A stretch of DNA of 59,690 nt from assembly GCA_963514005.1 (NCBI GenBank), contig OY740813.1, positions 15,252,001 through 15,311,690 on the forward strand, read 5' to 3'. Below the pieces are notes generated by a model. That model was not told the origin of the DNA, ran no database searches, and saw only the letters and a program-made list of their open reading frames with translations. Position numbers and translations under genes: made by a program. The stretch comes from Raja brachyura. Its lineage: Eukaryota. This document shows positions 50,401-59,690 of the stretch, piece by piece. The number at the start of each line of letters is the position of its first letter. The stretch's first letter is position 1.

Positions 50401-53400
50401 TCACTACATCTGTCCAAGTATTGACATATGGGGGAGATTGGAAACACCCATGATGATTCAATGTGCAGGAGCAAGCTGGCAAAATCTAGCGTTTGAGTTT
50501 GATGGTGATCCGCTCAATAGGATCAGATTAATTGTTTCTGGAGTACTACAGAAAAGCAAATATTTGTATGATTAGGTAGATATGCACAGTTAACTGCTGT
50601 GATAGGGGAAAGTGGGGAAGAACATGATTTTTTTGAGAGTGTGCAATATTTAGAAATTCCACTTTAAAATGCTCAGAAGTCAAATCAGCAAATTGACATT
50701 TGTAGCTCTCCATTAACTAGTGTCTGATTTTATGAACCTGGTTTTCTGCCAACAAATGTCACAATGAGATTCCGTATGCTTATAATTAATTTCCTTTCCT
50801 TGTGAATCCTCATGACAAATTGACCAATTGATATAACTAATGCGGCAACGAATTTGGTGAAACTAAGAAGCATTAAAAAAAACCTTAAATTACGTAAAAA
50901 TCATGAAAATTGCAAGCAGAATTAGAAAAAATATCTAGAGCATAGTACATAAATAATATGATCGGAAGGTTCAACAATTGCTTAGTAGCCTCTCGCTACA
51001 CAGTATAATGTACATCTCATCTGTTTGCACAGTTCCTTTCGGAAAAGATTGCAGCATCTCTGGAGAAAAAGAATAGGTGAAATTTCAGGTCGAGAGCCTT
51101 CTTTTCGGAAATGTTTGTTGAAGTATCTCAAAGGCTCTGGTGACATCCATGTTTTTAAACGTTCTACAACTTGTACATCCTGTGACCAACATTCATTTAT
51201 TCATGAATTATGTTAACTTTTCAGGATTTTCTTTAAAACAGATATCCATGAGAAATCCACGTGAAAAATTTAACACTCCCTGAGGATTATTGATCACAAA
51301 TCTATACCCTGTCAATTTTTAAAAGTTATTGAAGATTTAGCCAGTCTGTATTCCCGTGCTGAAATTTAACAGATTCAAACAATGCAACATTTAGAACATT
51401 TCTGAACAATCCAAGGAGCTAGTTGGAGTCGCTGATGTACGATACCCAATATTCTCTAATGGTGGTTAAAATTTTCAGTGGAACAATTGAAGTAAGCTCT
51501 TCACCTCTTGTCACCCCTACTTGTTAATTATGAAAAGCTGAACAGAAATTAATAGTGAGAACATATTTCTTCCCGGTATTCTTGTTACCAACTACAAGAT
51601 AAAGGCCCTTTGGGCTCAAACCCTTACTTAAGATTAGCATCAGTAGAGGGTTTACTCCTCCGAGCAAGACATTTTCTGAAGCTGAATTTAATCCACATGA
51701 ACTTGGTTATTAATACTGCTTATTTCACCTCTAATCTCACTTGCAATTGTCACTGCTTCAGTTGATCTTTTCTGCAACTTCCATCTGATTTTTTAAAATC
51801 TATTTGACCATTCCGTGCCTTCTTGGCCGGTCTACATTTCACAAAAACATGGTAACATAAAATTCTTAGTGTTCCAAGATAAGTTGTTCCAAGTTTTGTT
51901 TGCCTCTTGCACGTTTATGATGTCCGACCCACATGGCTCCTCCTGACACTCATCAACGTTGTGACCAGTCCACAGCTCCATCGCCTTCCTTCCTAACTGC
52001 ACCGACGAAGGCTGCATGGCTATTGCTGACAAAGTCCTTGCTCGAGTGGATTTAGCACACCACTGATGTACCAGCTGTCTTGATCTAAATTAAGAGAGTT
52101 TTTTTCCCTCTAGTTCCTCCATAAAACATACCATACAAACCAAGTCTTCAAATACATGTTCCAAATCTGTTGTTTATAATACTAGGGACTTTGCATTTAA
52201 ATAGTGACTCCATTATAATCAAAGCTTAGTTTCAAATTTTGCCATCTCCATTGATATTTGATCTTTCCCCACAGATTTAAGACCTAGGAGAGGTTTATTT
52301 ACCTAAAATACATTAGATTAAGCACACTGCAATACCCACACTTGGTATTATCATCAAATTAATATAATTTCCTTCAGTCATAAATTAATAATTTACATAA
52401 AACAAAATGACGCAGATCACCAGGACTAAAACATAACATTACATAAACATAACTAAACATATCCTGTTTTGAAGTTAGGCTTATTCAGTCTTGCACCAGT
52501 CTAAACCAAACTGCTATTAAACTATAACATTACCTTCCATTCCACTTGATGTCCATAGCTACTCTTGTATTACACAGAACATTGCAACCCTGATATATTT
52601 CCATCTCTTTATTTTTTTCTCCTCGTTCCTCTTCCTCCTTGTATGTACACACTTGCTACATACCATTCTGGTCTACCTTGTCTCATTCGTATATTTCTTG
52701 GGATCATAATCCCAAACATTATAATTCGCATCATTTCATATTTAGGATTTGGTGCAGCACATATCACAAGTGTGGAAGCAAGGAATGCTTGGTGTGGCAA
52801 ATAAGTGGTGGTTTGGACTGCTGGCATTAGCACTTTGATGGCATCCAGCAGATGGTATTTGACTAACACACTTGATGGGTTTGCTCAGTCAAGATATGAT
52901 GTGCTGAAATAACCATTAAAAAAAACAAATCATTGATGCTGCATTTCTTACCAGCATACAATTTGGTTATAAACACCAAATTACTGAAATCAACCTTTTC
53001 AAAAATAAATACCACACTGGAGATGATCTTCATTTGTACAGAGAGCACATTAGCACACTTTAAATGTAGAATGCTCATTTAATTGGCTTTAAGTTGGAGA
53101 ATAATTATAAAGCTATCAACCAAGTTCTTCTATGTCAGTTGCAGATTTAGGACGTTTTATCACAAGTATAGGTTTTGAAAAGCACTGAAGTATTGATAAG
53201 CAATTCTCACCGAAGTAGCTTGGAGAGAGTTAGGAAAAGCAGACTCAGGAGGGAGGCAGACGACAACAGGCTTTGCATTGTCATGAGAGCAGTCCAGCAG
53301 TTCCGCAGCTTTCACTATGCTAGCTGAGCCCGGCAAAGTTAGATCGGAGCTCCTCGATTGGTGCACAGCCGGAAAGTGGGAGGAGATAGTGCAAAGAGAA

Positions 53401-56400
53401 GGAGATGCAGAGGTATGATGGTGAGGAACAAAGTCCTGCGAATAGGATCTAAAAACCGACTTGAACTGAGGAGAGAGAAAGAAAGAAAAAGGAAAGGTTC
53501 ATAGGTCATTTATAAAATTCTGGCAAATGCACTGTGTGCAGGTCATTTAAAAGCACTTTAAGGAAAATTTCTCCCTCCCACCTACTGCCCCTCGGACTAC
53601 TTTCTCCTTAGAAATCAATTGATCAAATATACTGAGCTGCCTTTTCCTTGGACAACATTTCAAATCTTGTTTGTTCAGACCATTGGTTTATACATAACAA
53701 CCAATCAAGTGATAACCCGGCTTGTTTAGTTTCAGATAAATGTGAAGTAATCATGGTCAGTTCAAAATAAATTCAATCACGTGCTTGATACAATCAGATT
53801 GAAAATGTTAATCATTCCAAATTTGCCAGTGAGGATTCATGAGGTAACTTTCAAACAAAACCAAGACAAGTTTCTCACAGAAAGCTTGAATGCACTCAAG
53901 AGAGAGAATCTCGTAGATTTTTATACCAGGAAATAAAAAAAGATAATACTCAGATCAGACAGCTTCCATGAAGAGGGAAAAGGTCAACATTTCAGGTTGA
54001 TGATCTTTTTAGTTCTTTATTGATGACTCCAAAATGAGTGGTATTGTAGACACTAAAGATGATTAACAAAAATTATAGCAGGATCTCGAACAGCTGTGCA
54101 AGTGGGCAGAGGAATTGCAAATGGAGTTGAGTGTTGTTGAATTTTGGGAAAGCGCGCAACGACTGGACCTTCACAAAATACATTGTGCCCTGGGGAGTGC
54201 TGTAGAGCAGAAGGATCTAAGAATACAGGTTCATAGTTCCCTGAAAGTTGCGTCATAGGTACATGACATGTTGGCCAACTTCAGTCAGGGAATAGAGTAT
54301 AGAAAGTGGGACATTATGTTACTGTTGGCCAAGACACTGGTGAGGCCACATTTGGAGTATTTAGTTCAGTCTTGACCATCCTGCTATAGAAAAGATGCCA
54401 TTAAATTGGAAAGAATGATTTACAAGGATGTTGCCAAGGTTCAAGAGCCTAAACTATAGGGTGATAATGGACAGGCTAGGACTTGTTCCTTGGCGTGCAG
54501 AAGGCTAAGGAGTGATCATATTGAGGTGTATAAAATAACGAGGGGAATAGATAGGGTAAATGCACTATTTTTATTTTTATATAAAAACGTGATTCTTTGG
54601 TAGCAGTTAATCACATTTTCATGTTGCGAAAAGGGGACAAAAAATATATAGGAATTGGCAGTGTTTTTCCTGCCGACTGTGGGTTAAATTCACCGCAAAC
54701 CGCAATGTTCCAATCCACCGCGTTCCACTAAAACCGCGGTTGATTTAAATGGCGATTAATTTACAAATGGAATTAAACACTAAATTCCTTCCATTTGGCC
54801 TATAAATTCATGAAAATGAGATTTAAAAATCATGTTATATTGTGAATTATTGTGTGAATGTTATTTGGGCACTTAGGCAATTTAAAAATGTTTATCTTTT
54901 CTTAAGAAATGGATAGATGTTTAGTTCTAGTAATTGAATTTTGTAATTAGCTACAATTAGGTAACTAATTAAGTATATGCTTTAATTTCAGGTCATCCAA
55001 GTAAGATTGTTTCATATTTGTTTCAGAATGCTTCAATCTATAATAATTGAAAGTTTCATTGAGTTCTCTTAATTTTTAAGAAAGTTATGGGCTTTTGACT
55101 GTCCTAGATCACAGCTTTTGAGAAGTCAATGGAAAGGCAATGGGGAACTAGATGCTAATTTCCGAATATGAAAATGGCCATAACTTTTTTAATACTGAAG
55201 ATATGAAAGTGAATTAGGTGTCAAATTAAACGTATTTTTATGCGTTATCTGATGGGAGAAATTACAGACGTATCTGGGGGGAGTTGGTCGGGGTGCCGGT
55301 GCAGCACAGTCAGTGACTCTGGGTGGGCGGAGGGACCAGACAGTCCCGAACTCTGCTGCAGCTGACTGGGACGTTGCGGGGTTTTCGTCCCCGTGTGTGT
55401 GCTGCCCGGAGCCACGGCCCCGCTCCACCCGGGCCCCGTGGGCGCTGCCAACCCACAGCCCGTGACAGTGCGGCCGCACAGGGGGAGACAGAGCGGAGGT
55501 CGGCCGGACAGCGTTTGACACCAGGGGGGGGAGTGGGGGCTGTCCCGAGGGATGCGCTCTTCCAACTTAGGGTTCAGAGCGCTCAGTCACCCTCCAGCCC
55601 TGGGTTGTCGTGGGCCAGGACTTGCTCTCACGCTGCTCTTTCGCAAGTCAGTGAGCAGCAGTAATTTTGCCGGTTTTCACTCACGGTTATCCCTAATCCC
55701 ACAATGTTTTACAGCGCAAAAATTGACAATTTTGGCGGTTTTTAACAGGTAAGAACGTATGTGTTGCATGTGTTATTAGTGTTTGCCGGAAGCCGTCTTG
55801 TACTCCAGAAGAATTGAGCTACTCCGTGCGTCACGCCCTTTGACCTGATGACCTTGCGTGCATGCACATAAAAGATAAACTGGTTCCAATTTATTCCTTG
55901 ATCTTTGAGTTTATTATTGGCACAATTGATAGCAACCAAAACAAAGGGCGAAACCTAAAGTGGAACAAGCTCCTTTCATACTAATTTACAATACTAATCT
56001 ATCGTACAAATATTATCACTGTTACAGAAAATATTTAAATTAGTACAGAGCATGAGCATAGCGGGAGCTCTGTGTCTACAATCTGCCTAACAGATCAGCA
56101 GATTCATTTGAAATCTGTCATAGTGTGGGAAGGAAATTGAGAAATGGACTTTGCGTGACCTTGCTTTACTTAGCTTGATGTTTCAATCTTTAGAATCAAC
56201 ACTAAAGACTACACATTTACACTGACATAATTGATCACCCCCCCCCCATTTATACTAATATCACTTCACTTAGACTGGTGTCAAATGTTATTCATGAGAA
56301 GTGCCGTAAGACATCCAGCTGATTAAAGATGCTATATAATAGGTCTACAATAGATGTGAATAATTAAGTCACTTTGAACGAATTAGCTGAAGATTGCTGT

Positions 56401-59400
56401 TGAAAATGACCTAGAGTGAATCATCCCGATGCAGAGCTGACATTATTCACATTCCTATCTCAATGCTGTAAACTAACTGTACGTTCTCTACACAAGTCCA
56501 CAGTCGGTTAAAAGATGACAATTGTGTCCACTCAGATACTGAACCTTACTGATTGAAAAATGCAAAAATCTGAAAATCACCAATGTAAACACCTAATGTG
56601 TAGATTGACATAAATCTGTGTGGCCTCCCCAAATGTGGGATGAAGAATCAAGCATCATAGTCCATTAAGAACCAATAGCCAGTAGCAATTTCTTGCAATA
56701 GTGATGTAGAATTTTTTGTAAAAAGAACACCCTATATTTTTACAATTAGATCTCGTGAGCAGTAGATAATCCAATATATTTGCTATCTAGTAGATTCCAT
56801 ACGGTTTTTCTCTATTGAACATTAACCTATTTTAATTCCTTTCCTTGATTTCTTATATTTAGCTCCAAATTTTAAAAGTTGGACATCGAATCCGTCCAAT
56901 TTATTCCAAATAGTACGCATAAATTAAGTACTGTACACTAGAAATAAAACTGCTAATCAGCAGCTTTAATTTCACTTTTCATCCAATGTAGTCAGATTTT
57001 CCTTCATCTATCTCAAATGTACTTTTTTTTAAAACAGAAGAAAATTCCAAGTGTGCACTCCGCAGAAAGTACTGGATGGCATCAGAGTAAGAGAATGACC
57101 CCATACATGTATCTCACTTTAAAAGAGAAAGAAAAAAACTGCATCCAATATAAATTAGAAAATGGAAGCATCCAAGCACTGAATGTTGAGAATAATCTAC
57201 AAAGATGTGGCAATCATTCATCCATCTGTGGCCCTTTTCTCCACTTTAACCATGCTGTGGACAACTAAACTTTGTCAAGCTCCTGTGCCTCGTCTAAATT
57301 CCATCATATATACAGCACCAAGCAAAGGATGAGGCAGAGTTTCTTCCCACAGGCCACCAGGACTGTAATTACTGTTGTGTTTTTTTTTTACGATGTATAT
57401 ACTGGTTCTGTTCTGTTGTTCTGTTGTTTTGCACAATCCCGCGGGCATTGCCACTTTCATTTCACTGTACATCTTGTATGTGTATGTGACAAATAAAGTT
57501 GACTTGACTTGACATGAATAATGGAATCACCATTCCCCTATTAAGTGCAATTCCTGAGTATCTCACGCATTTTGTGTTCACACATATACAAATGTGGTCT
57601 CAATGCAATTTTATTGCCAACACTAAACTTGATGCAGTGGTTCGAGAGGTTGTTCATGGTGCAAATCAACCCCAGTCTCCCAGTCACCACTGCGAATCTT
57701 CCACCACCACCCATCTCCCTGCCCCGACAACCATCCTTGAAACATCTGGATAATAAGGACACCGGCACCAGTTCTACCCTCGACACTGTAATTCCAACCA
57801 AACTCATCTCCCCAAATTCCACAATTAGCAAAGATAATAACAAAACATCCTCCATAATAATTCTCAACACTGGGTATGTGGAACTAGAGGTCATAAATGG
57901 CTGAACAGACGTGAGAGACACAGTGATGACTTTTGCTCTCAACTTAATTTGATACCTTTGCAGAAATCCTTCTGATACTTTATCAACATAGATATTACTA
58001 ACATCAGAGTTGCTCCATCTTGCCATTGGCTTCTTTAAAGAAATAACTAAGGGATGTTTTGTTTTGATCATTTCCTTCTTGGAGTTTTGCAAATTATTTG
58101 AAATGCAGTAGTTTGAGGGAATATTCAACATGGCTTAACTCCATGGACAAGCACTAATAGTGGTTTAAAATGAGTTACTTCAATAATAACAGCAATGTCT
58201 CAGGTGGAATCAATAGATGCTTTTGGCTGAATGTTAATCCATTCCATGGTATCAATTTCTAATTATCACAGTTTTGTTCCAACACAGCAAGGCAAAACCT
58301 ATTTCAACAGACCCTTCACCTGGAATAAATTTAAATCCATATATTCAGAAATTTGAAGTTAACAAATAACGTTCTCACTTAATTTAAAAAAATCATCAAT
58401 ATTGAGAAGCATAATGTGATAGAACAAGTGGAGGAACCCAGGCAGTCTTAACCCGTAAAGATTTGGTTGCACTTACAGGCATTGGTAATTAAGTATAGCA
58501 GGACAAATGTGAATGAATGCCTTGCAAGCGCTCACAAAGAGAAATCCATGAATGAATTTTTTTTTTTCACTACACTTGACAGAGAATGCACAAGTCATGC
58601 TTTGGAACTGATCCACAAATACAGCAGCCTGCAAAGGTTGTGACGTTCAATTGTCATTCCCTCCCCCCGATGAGCTTATACATGTGGCTCGCAAATTAGG
58701 GAAATTCAATTAAAACGGTTCCGTTGAATAATAAGATATGAATTCATTTCACAAGAAACAATACAGTAAAGCACACCAAACACAAAAATACAGAGGGTGC
58801 AACTTCCATCGTACCCAAAATATGAACCATGTCAAATTGCTAGTCTGCAAAGTACATTCTGTAAATAACAAATATGAACAAACTGTTCAAACAATGTGGA
58901 TTCTTATACTGTTAGCTAGTCTTGAAAGTGGATAGGAAAGCTTTGATGAACCAATACATGATAGGAAAAGATGTCAAATGAGGCGAAACTTCCAGGCACC
59001 GCAGCCACAGCATCAACAAAATCATCTCATAATGTAATAAAAGCTGTCTTAGAATGTAACCTTATTTCATATAAAACATGAAACTTATGTTTAAATATTA
59101 TAGGAACCTTTGGTCACAATGGTAATATGACAGTTCAATTGCTTGCAAAAAAATCTAGACAGTACTCTGCAGCTTATATAGGCATGTTAAATAAAGAATG
59201 TGAGTGTTTTGTAAGACAGCTCAATGGAATAACAATTCCAGGTATGAATCTGGAGCAAGCTGCCTATCCTCCACAGCTTGGCCCCAACTGTTTAATTACA
59301 TAACTACAATTCAGGAAAAAGCAAATAAAATTCTTGATCACCACAAATTAACAGCCATCAAGATTCAGAAATCAGTACAGAGCATAATTTTTTTAAGAGA

Positions 59401-59690
59401 AAAATAATTACAACCAAGTATGGCATTTTGTTTTGATCAGCAGAGGCATCTGAAAAAAGGCACACACAGAGCAGATCACAAGGCCACTCACCGAAGATGA
59501 AGATAAGGAGCTGTGACGACTCAGGAAGGAATTGGAGACAGACATGCTGATACTGGCAGCAGTATTGGCGTCCTCAGGCAGGACAAGCACCTTCGACTGC
59601 TGAAGATAGAAAGAAGAGGAGGAGAAAGAGAACGAGGGAGAGAATGAGAACGAGGATGAAGCGTAGGAGGATGAAGAGGTAGCAGCATAT
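29313..59690 (-). CDS. RAPGEF1: Rap guanine nucleotide exchange factor 1 (C3G), 3' part: Ser-rich cassette exons, REM domain and CDC25 RasGEF domain (5'-partial)
   Basis: Spliced minus-strand translation ...DELSLIDHEEIVARLTLKQE GEDGPEVRGG...LVLYCEAFLTTYRTF...HDFHSHEIAEQLTLLDAELF...LILQDLTFVHLGNPD...LWELSLKIKPRNIQRRKTEREEKT* matches human C3G as recalled; phases are consistent across all exons. Confidence 0.96.
29871..29999 (-). CDS. RAPGEF1: RAPGEF1 exon (GLILQDLTFVHLGNPDLIDGKINFSKRWQQFNILDSMRRFQQ)
   Basis: ccacag acceptor, gtaagt donor, 129 nt. Confidence 0.94.
31662..31759 (-). CDS. RAPGEF1: RAPGEF1 exon (GLAEYCTLIDSSSSFRAYRAALAEVEPPCIPYL)
   Basis: tttcag acceptor, gtaagt donor, 98 nt. 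Confidence 0.94.
31808..33496 (+). mobile_element. Full-length Tc1-family DNA transposon (second family), frameshifted transposase ~32153..33183
   Basis: TA TSDs, ~225-bp TIRs CAGTGCCCTCCATAATGTTTGGGACA; VLWTDQTKI, KHSGGCVMAW, QQANDPKYT, WPSQSPNVNPIEH. Confidence 0.95.
33412..33465 (+). repeat. Tandem duplication 2 x 27 bp in the right TIR of the Tc1 element
   Basis: GTACAGAGGCAAATAAATAAATGATGG twice; single copy in left TIR. Confidence 0.85.
34361..34495. mobile_element. Palindromic Penelope-LTR-derived insert
   Basis: 13-bp TSD TAATATAGAAGCA (34348..34360, 34496..34508); 64-bp perfect palindrome 34418..34481. Confidence 0.8.
35259..35360 (-). CDS. RAPGEF1: RAPGEF1 exon (HLRKLNNFNSYLAILSALDSAPIRRLEWQKQTSE)
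   Basis: ttctag acceptor, gtaacg donor, 102 nt. Confidence 0.94.
35609..35687 (-). CDS. RAPGEF1: RAPGEF1 exon (VRSIIIQQEKAQDRERLLLKFIKIMK)
   Basis: tttcag acceptor, gttcgt donor, 79 nt. Confidence 0.93.
36209..36303 (-). CDS. RAPGEF1: RAPGEF1 exon (IPEVLLWAKEQNEEKSPNLTQFTEHFNNMSYW)
   Basis: tgtcag acceptor, gtaagc donor, 95 nt. Confidence 0.94.
37180..38365 (+). mobile_element. Penelope-like retroelement, 5'-truncated (RT C-terminus, GIY-YIG endonuclease, pLTR)
   Basis: SCKDSIPYSQFL, IYLICCSRCGLLYIG, KLEEHHLIFSLGSLHPSGINIDF; ends in the pLTR motif CTGAAG..GGGTCTCGACCCGAA. Confidence 0.85.
38873..38957 (-). CDS. RAPGEF1: RAPGEF1 exon (PGTLHDFHSHEIAEQLTLLDAELFYKIE), start of CDC25 domain
   Basis: ctgcag acceptor, gtaaag donor, 85 nt. 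Confidence 0.94.
39145..39330 (-). CDS. RAPGEF1: RAPGEF1 exon (LVELSDDILKLLMELVFRLVCSGELSLARVLRKNILDK...PLAARGVAAR)
   Basis: tcccag acceptor, gtacag donor, 186 nt. Confidence 0.94.
40145..40406. mobile_element. Penelope pLTR fragment with inverted segment
   Basis: Minus-strand pLTR joined to plus-strand pLTR tail. Confidence 0.6.
41175..41595 (+). mobile_element. CR1 LINE 3' fragment
   Basis: DLIEVYKIMRGID...[13 protein letters not shown] and CR1 tail. Confidence 0.75.
42145..42359. mobile_element. Hairpin Penelope-LTR-derived insert with intact hammerhead-like core
   Basis: 11-bp TSD TATATTTTCTT (42134..42144, 42360..42370); 82-bp inverted arms 42145..42226 / 42240..42321. Confidence 0.8.
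42209..42240 (-). ncRNA. Minimal hammerhead-ribozyme-like motif (CUGAAGA-stem II-GAAAC-GUC)
   Basis: Minus strand GT CTGAAGA AGGGTC TC GACCC GAAA CGTC AC; stem I only ~2 bp and stem III minimal. Confidence 0.5.
42420..42512 (-). CDS. RAPGEF1: RAPGEF1 exon (YEKFCHCPDTFKKRVSKNTFFVLVRVVDELC)
   Basis: AC acceptor of a U12 intron, gtgagt donor, 93 nt. Confidence 0.92.
42513..42680 (-). other. RAPGEF1: U12-type (minor spliceosome) AT-AC intron, 168 nt
   Basis: 5' end ATATCCTTT, branch-site-like TTCCTAAC at 42523..42530, 3' end CAC; removal restores KKLHHR-YEKF in frame. Confidence 0.92.
42681..42765 (-). CDS. RAPGEF1: RAPGEF1 exon (DLVLYCEAFLTTYRTFIPPEDIIKKLHHR), REM domain
   Basis: ctttag acceptor, atatcc U12 donor, 85 nt. 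Confidence 0.93.
43319..43394 (-). CDS. RAPGEF1: RAPGEF1 exon (GEDGPEVRGGSVDILIVHATETDRK)
   Basis: ttctag acceptor, gtaacc donor, 76 nt. Confidence 0.93.
44870..44978 (-). CDS. RAPGEF1: RAPGEF1 exon (RADTQNSSDLDPNDETDELSLIDHEEIVARLTLKQE)
   Basis: tcttag acceptor, gtaaag donor, 109 nt. Confidence 0.92.
45870..46115 (+). mobile_element. V-SINE / HE1-type SINE
   Basis: tRNA-like head remnant then gtttcctcccac...aggttaaatggcctctgtaaattgccc core. Confidence 0.6.
47171..47262 (-). CDS. RAPGEF1: RAPGEF1 exon (EPVESSNEEEIHHSDSPKSTNVKENQERNDR), low-conservation linker
   Basis: tttccag acceptor, gtggga donor, 92 nt phase 0-2 matching the next exon; positional equivalent of human EPPAGK... exon. Confidence 0.82.
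47491..47514 (-). CDS. RAPGEF1: Candidate 24-nt RAPGEF1 microexon (EMPMCADT)
   Basis: Long pyrimidine tract + ttcag acceptor, perfect gtaagt donor, phase 0-0, no stop. Confidence 0.55.
49959..50051 (-). CDS. RAPGEF1: RAPGEF1 cassette exon (SESNSEDAGEGEYVNLYSSNQTNGDLPHSQA)
   Basis: ctgtag acceptor, gtaagt donor, 93 nt phase 0-0; EAGEGEYVNLYSS motif recalled from long mammalian C3G isoforms. Confidence 0.85.
53211..53465 (-). CDS. RAPGEF1: RAPGEF1 cassette exon (FKSVFRSYSQDFVPHH...ESAFPNSLQATS)
   Basis: Strong pyrimidine tract + cctcag acceptor, gtgaga donor, 255 nt phase 0-0; KSVFRSYSQDFVPHH recalled from long C3G isoforms. Confidence 0.85.
54045..54570 (+). mobile_element. CR1 LINE ORF2 fragment
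   Basis: [21 protein letters not shown] remnants. Confidence 0.65.
54575..55760. repeat. Unclassified interspersed element with GC/CpG-rich core (probable non-autonomous DNA transposon)
   Basis: Abruptly truncates the CR1 fragment; internal inverted motif AGTTATGG/CCATAACT; CpG-dense 55270..55700; ends not firmly defined. Confidence 0.35.
57290..57515 (+). mobile_element. LINE 3' end fragment (Rex1/L2-like) with (CTTGA)n tail
   Basis: RMRQSFFPQA remnant, AATAAA, gacttgacttgac. Confidence 0.45.
59492..59690 (-). CDS. RAPGEF1: RAPGEF1 Ser-rich cassette exon, possibly cut by the window edge (YAATSSSS...QQSKVLVLPEDANTAASISMSVSNSFLSRHSSLSSSS)
   Basis: Open frame to the window end, gtgagt donor, phase 0; SVSNSFLSRH motif; alternative internal CAGCAG acceptor at 59597..59602. 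Confidence 0.8.

Noticed and set aside
55189-55752. Overlapping 100+ aa ORFs in the GC-rich stretch
   Set aside because: Expected from stop-codon scarcity at high GC; low-complexity translations
57541-58131. 196-aa minus-strand ORF
   Set aside because: No recognisable domain or splice context; overlaps a decayed LINE remnant on the opposite strand
58470-58560. Donor-like GTAAGT plus TCAT clusters (NOVA-like)
   Set aside because: Candidate exon contains a stop or shifts frame; YCAY tetramers are too common in AT-rich intron to support a claim
1-59690. CRISPR arrays, tRNA/rRNA genes, snoRNAs, prokaryotic operons
   Set aside because: None seen; recurring motifs are dispersed retroelement ends, not regularly spaced arrays

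Overview
Vertebrate genomic DNA, most likely a cartilaginous fish (skate/ray; inferred from CR1, Penelope-like and V-SINE/HE1-type repeat content). It holds the 3' ends of two convergent multi-exon genes: the last 9 coding exons of nucleoporin NUP188 on + (912..19670) and the 3' part of RAPGEF1/C3G on - (partial Ser-rich exon at 59492..59690 down to the stop at 29313, encoding the REM and CDC25 RasGEF domains). Exons were placed by hand from splice signals, phase continuity and recalled similarity to the human proteins. Splicing oddities: a minor-spliceosome AT-AC intron in RAPGEF1, an apparent GC donor in NUP188, conserved Ser-rich cassette exons with downstream GCATG motifs, and a candidate 24-nt microexon. 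Introns carry a nearly intact 5'-truncated CR1 LINE, two full-length dead Tc1 transposons, Penelope-like (GIY-YIG) fragments and many short Penelope-derived inserts with 11-17 bp target-site duplications, long hairpins and a hammerhead-ribozyme-like core. A ~0.8-0.9 kb CpG-undepleted, ORF-less segment in a NUP188 intron is unexplained. No database searches were run; family names come from motif recognition.
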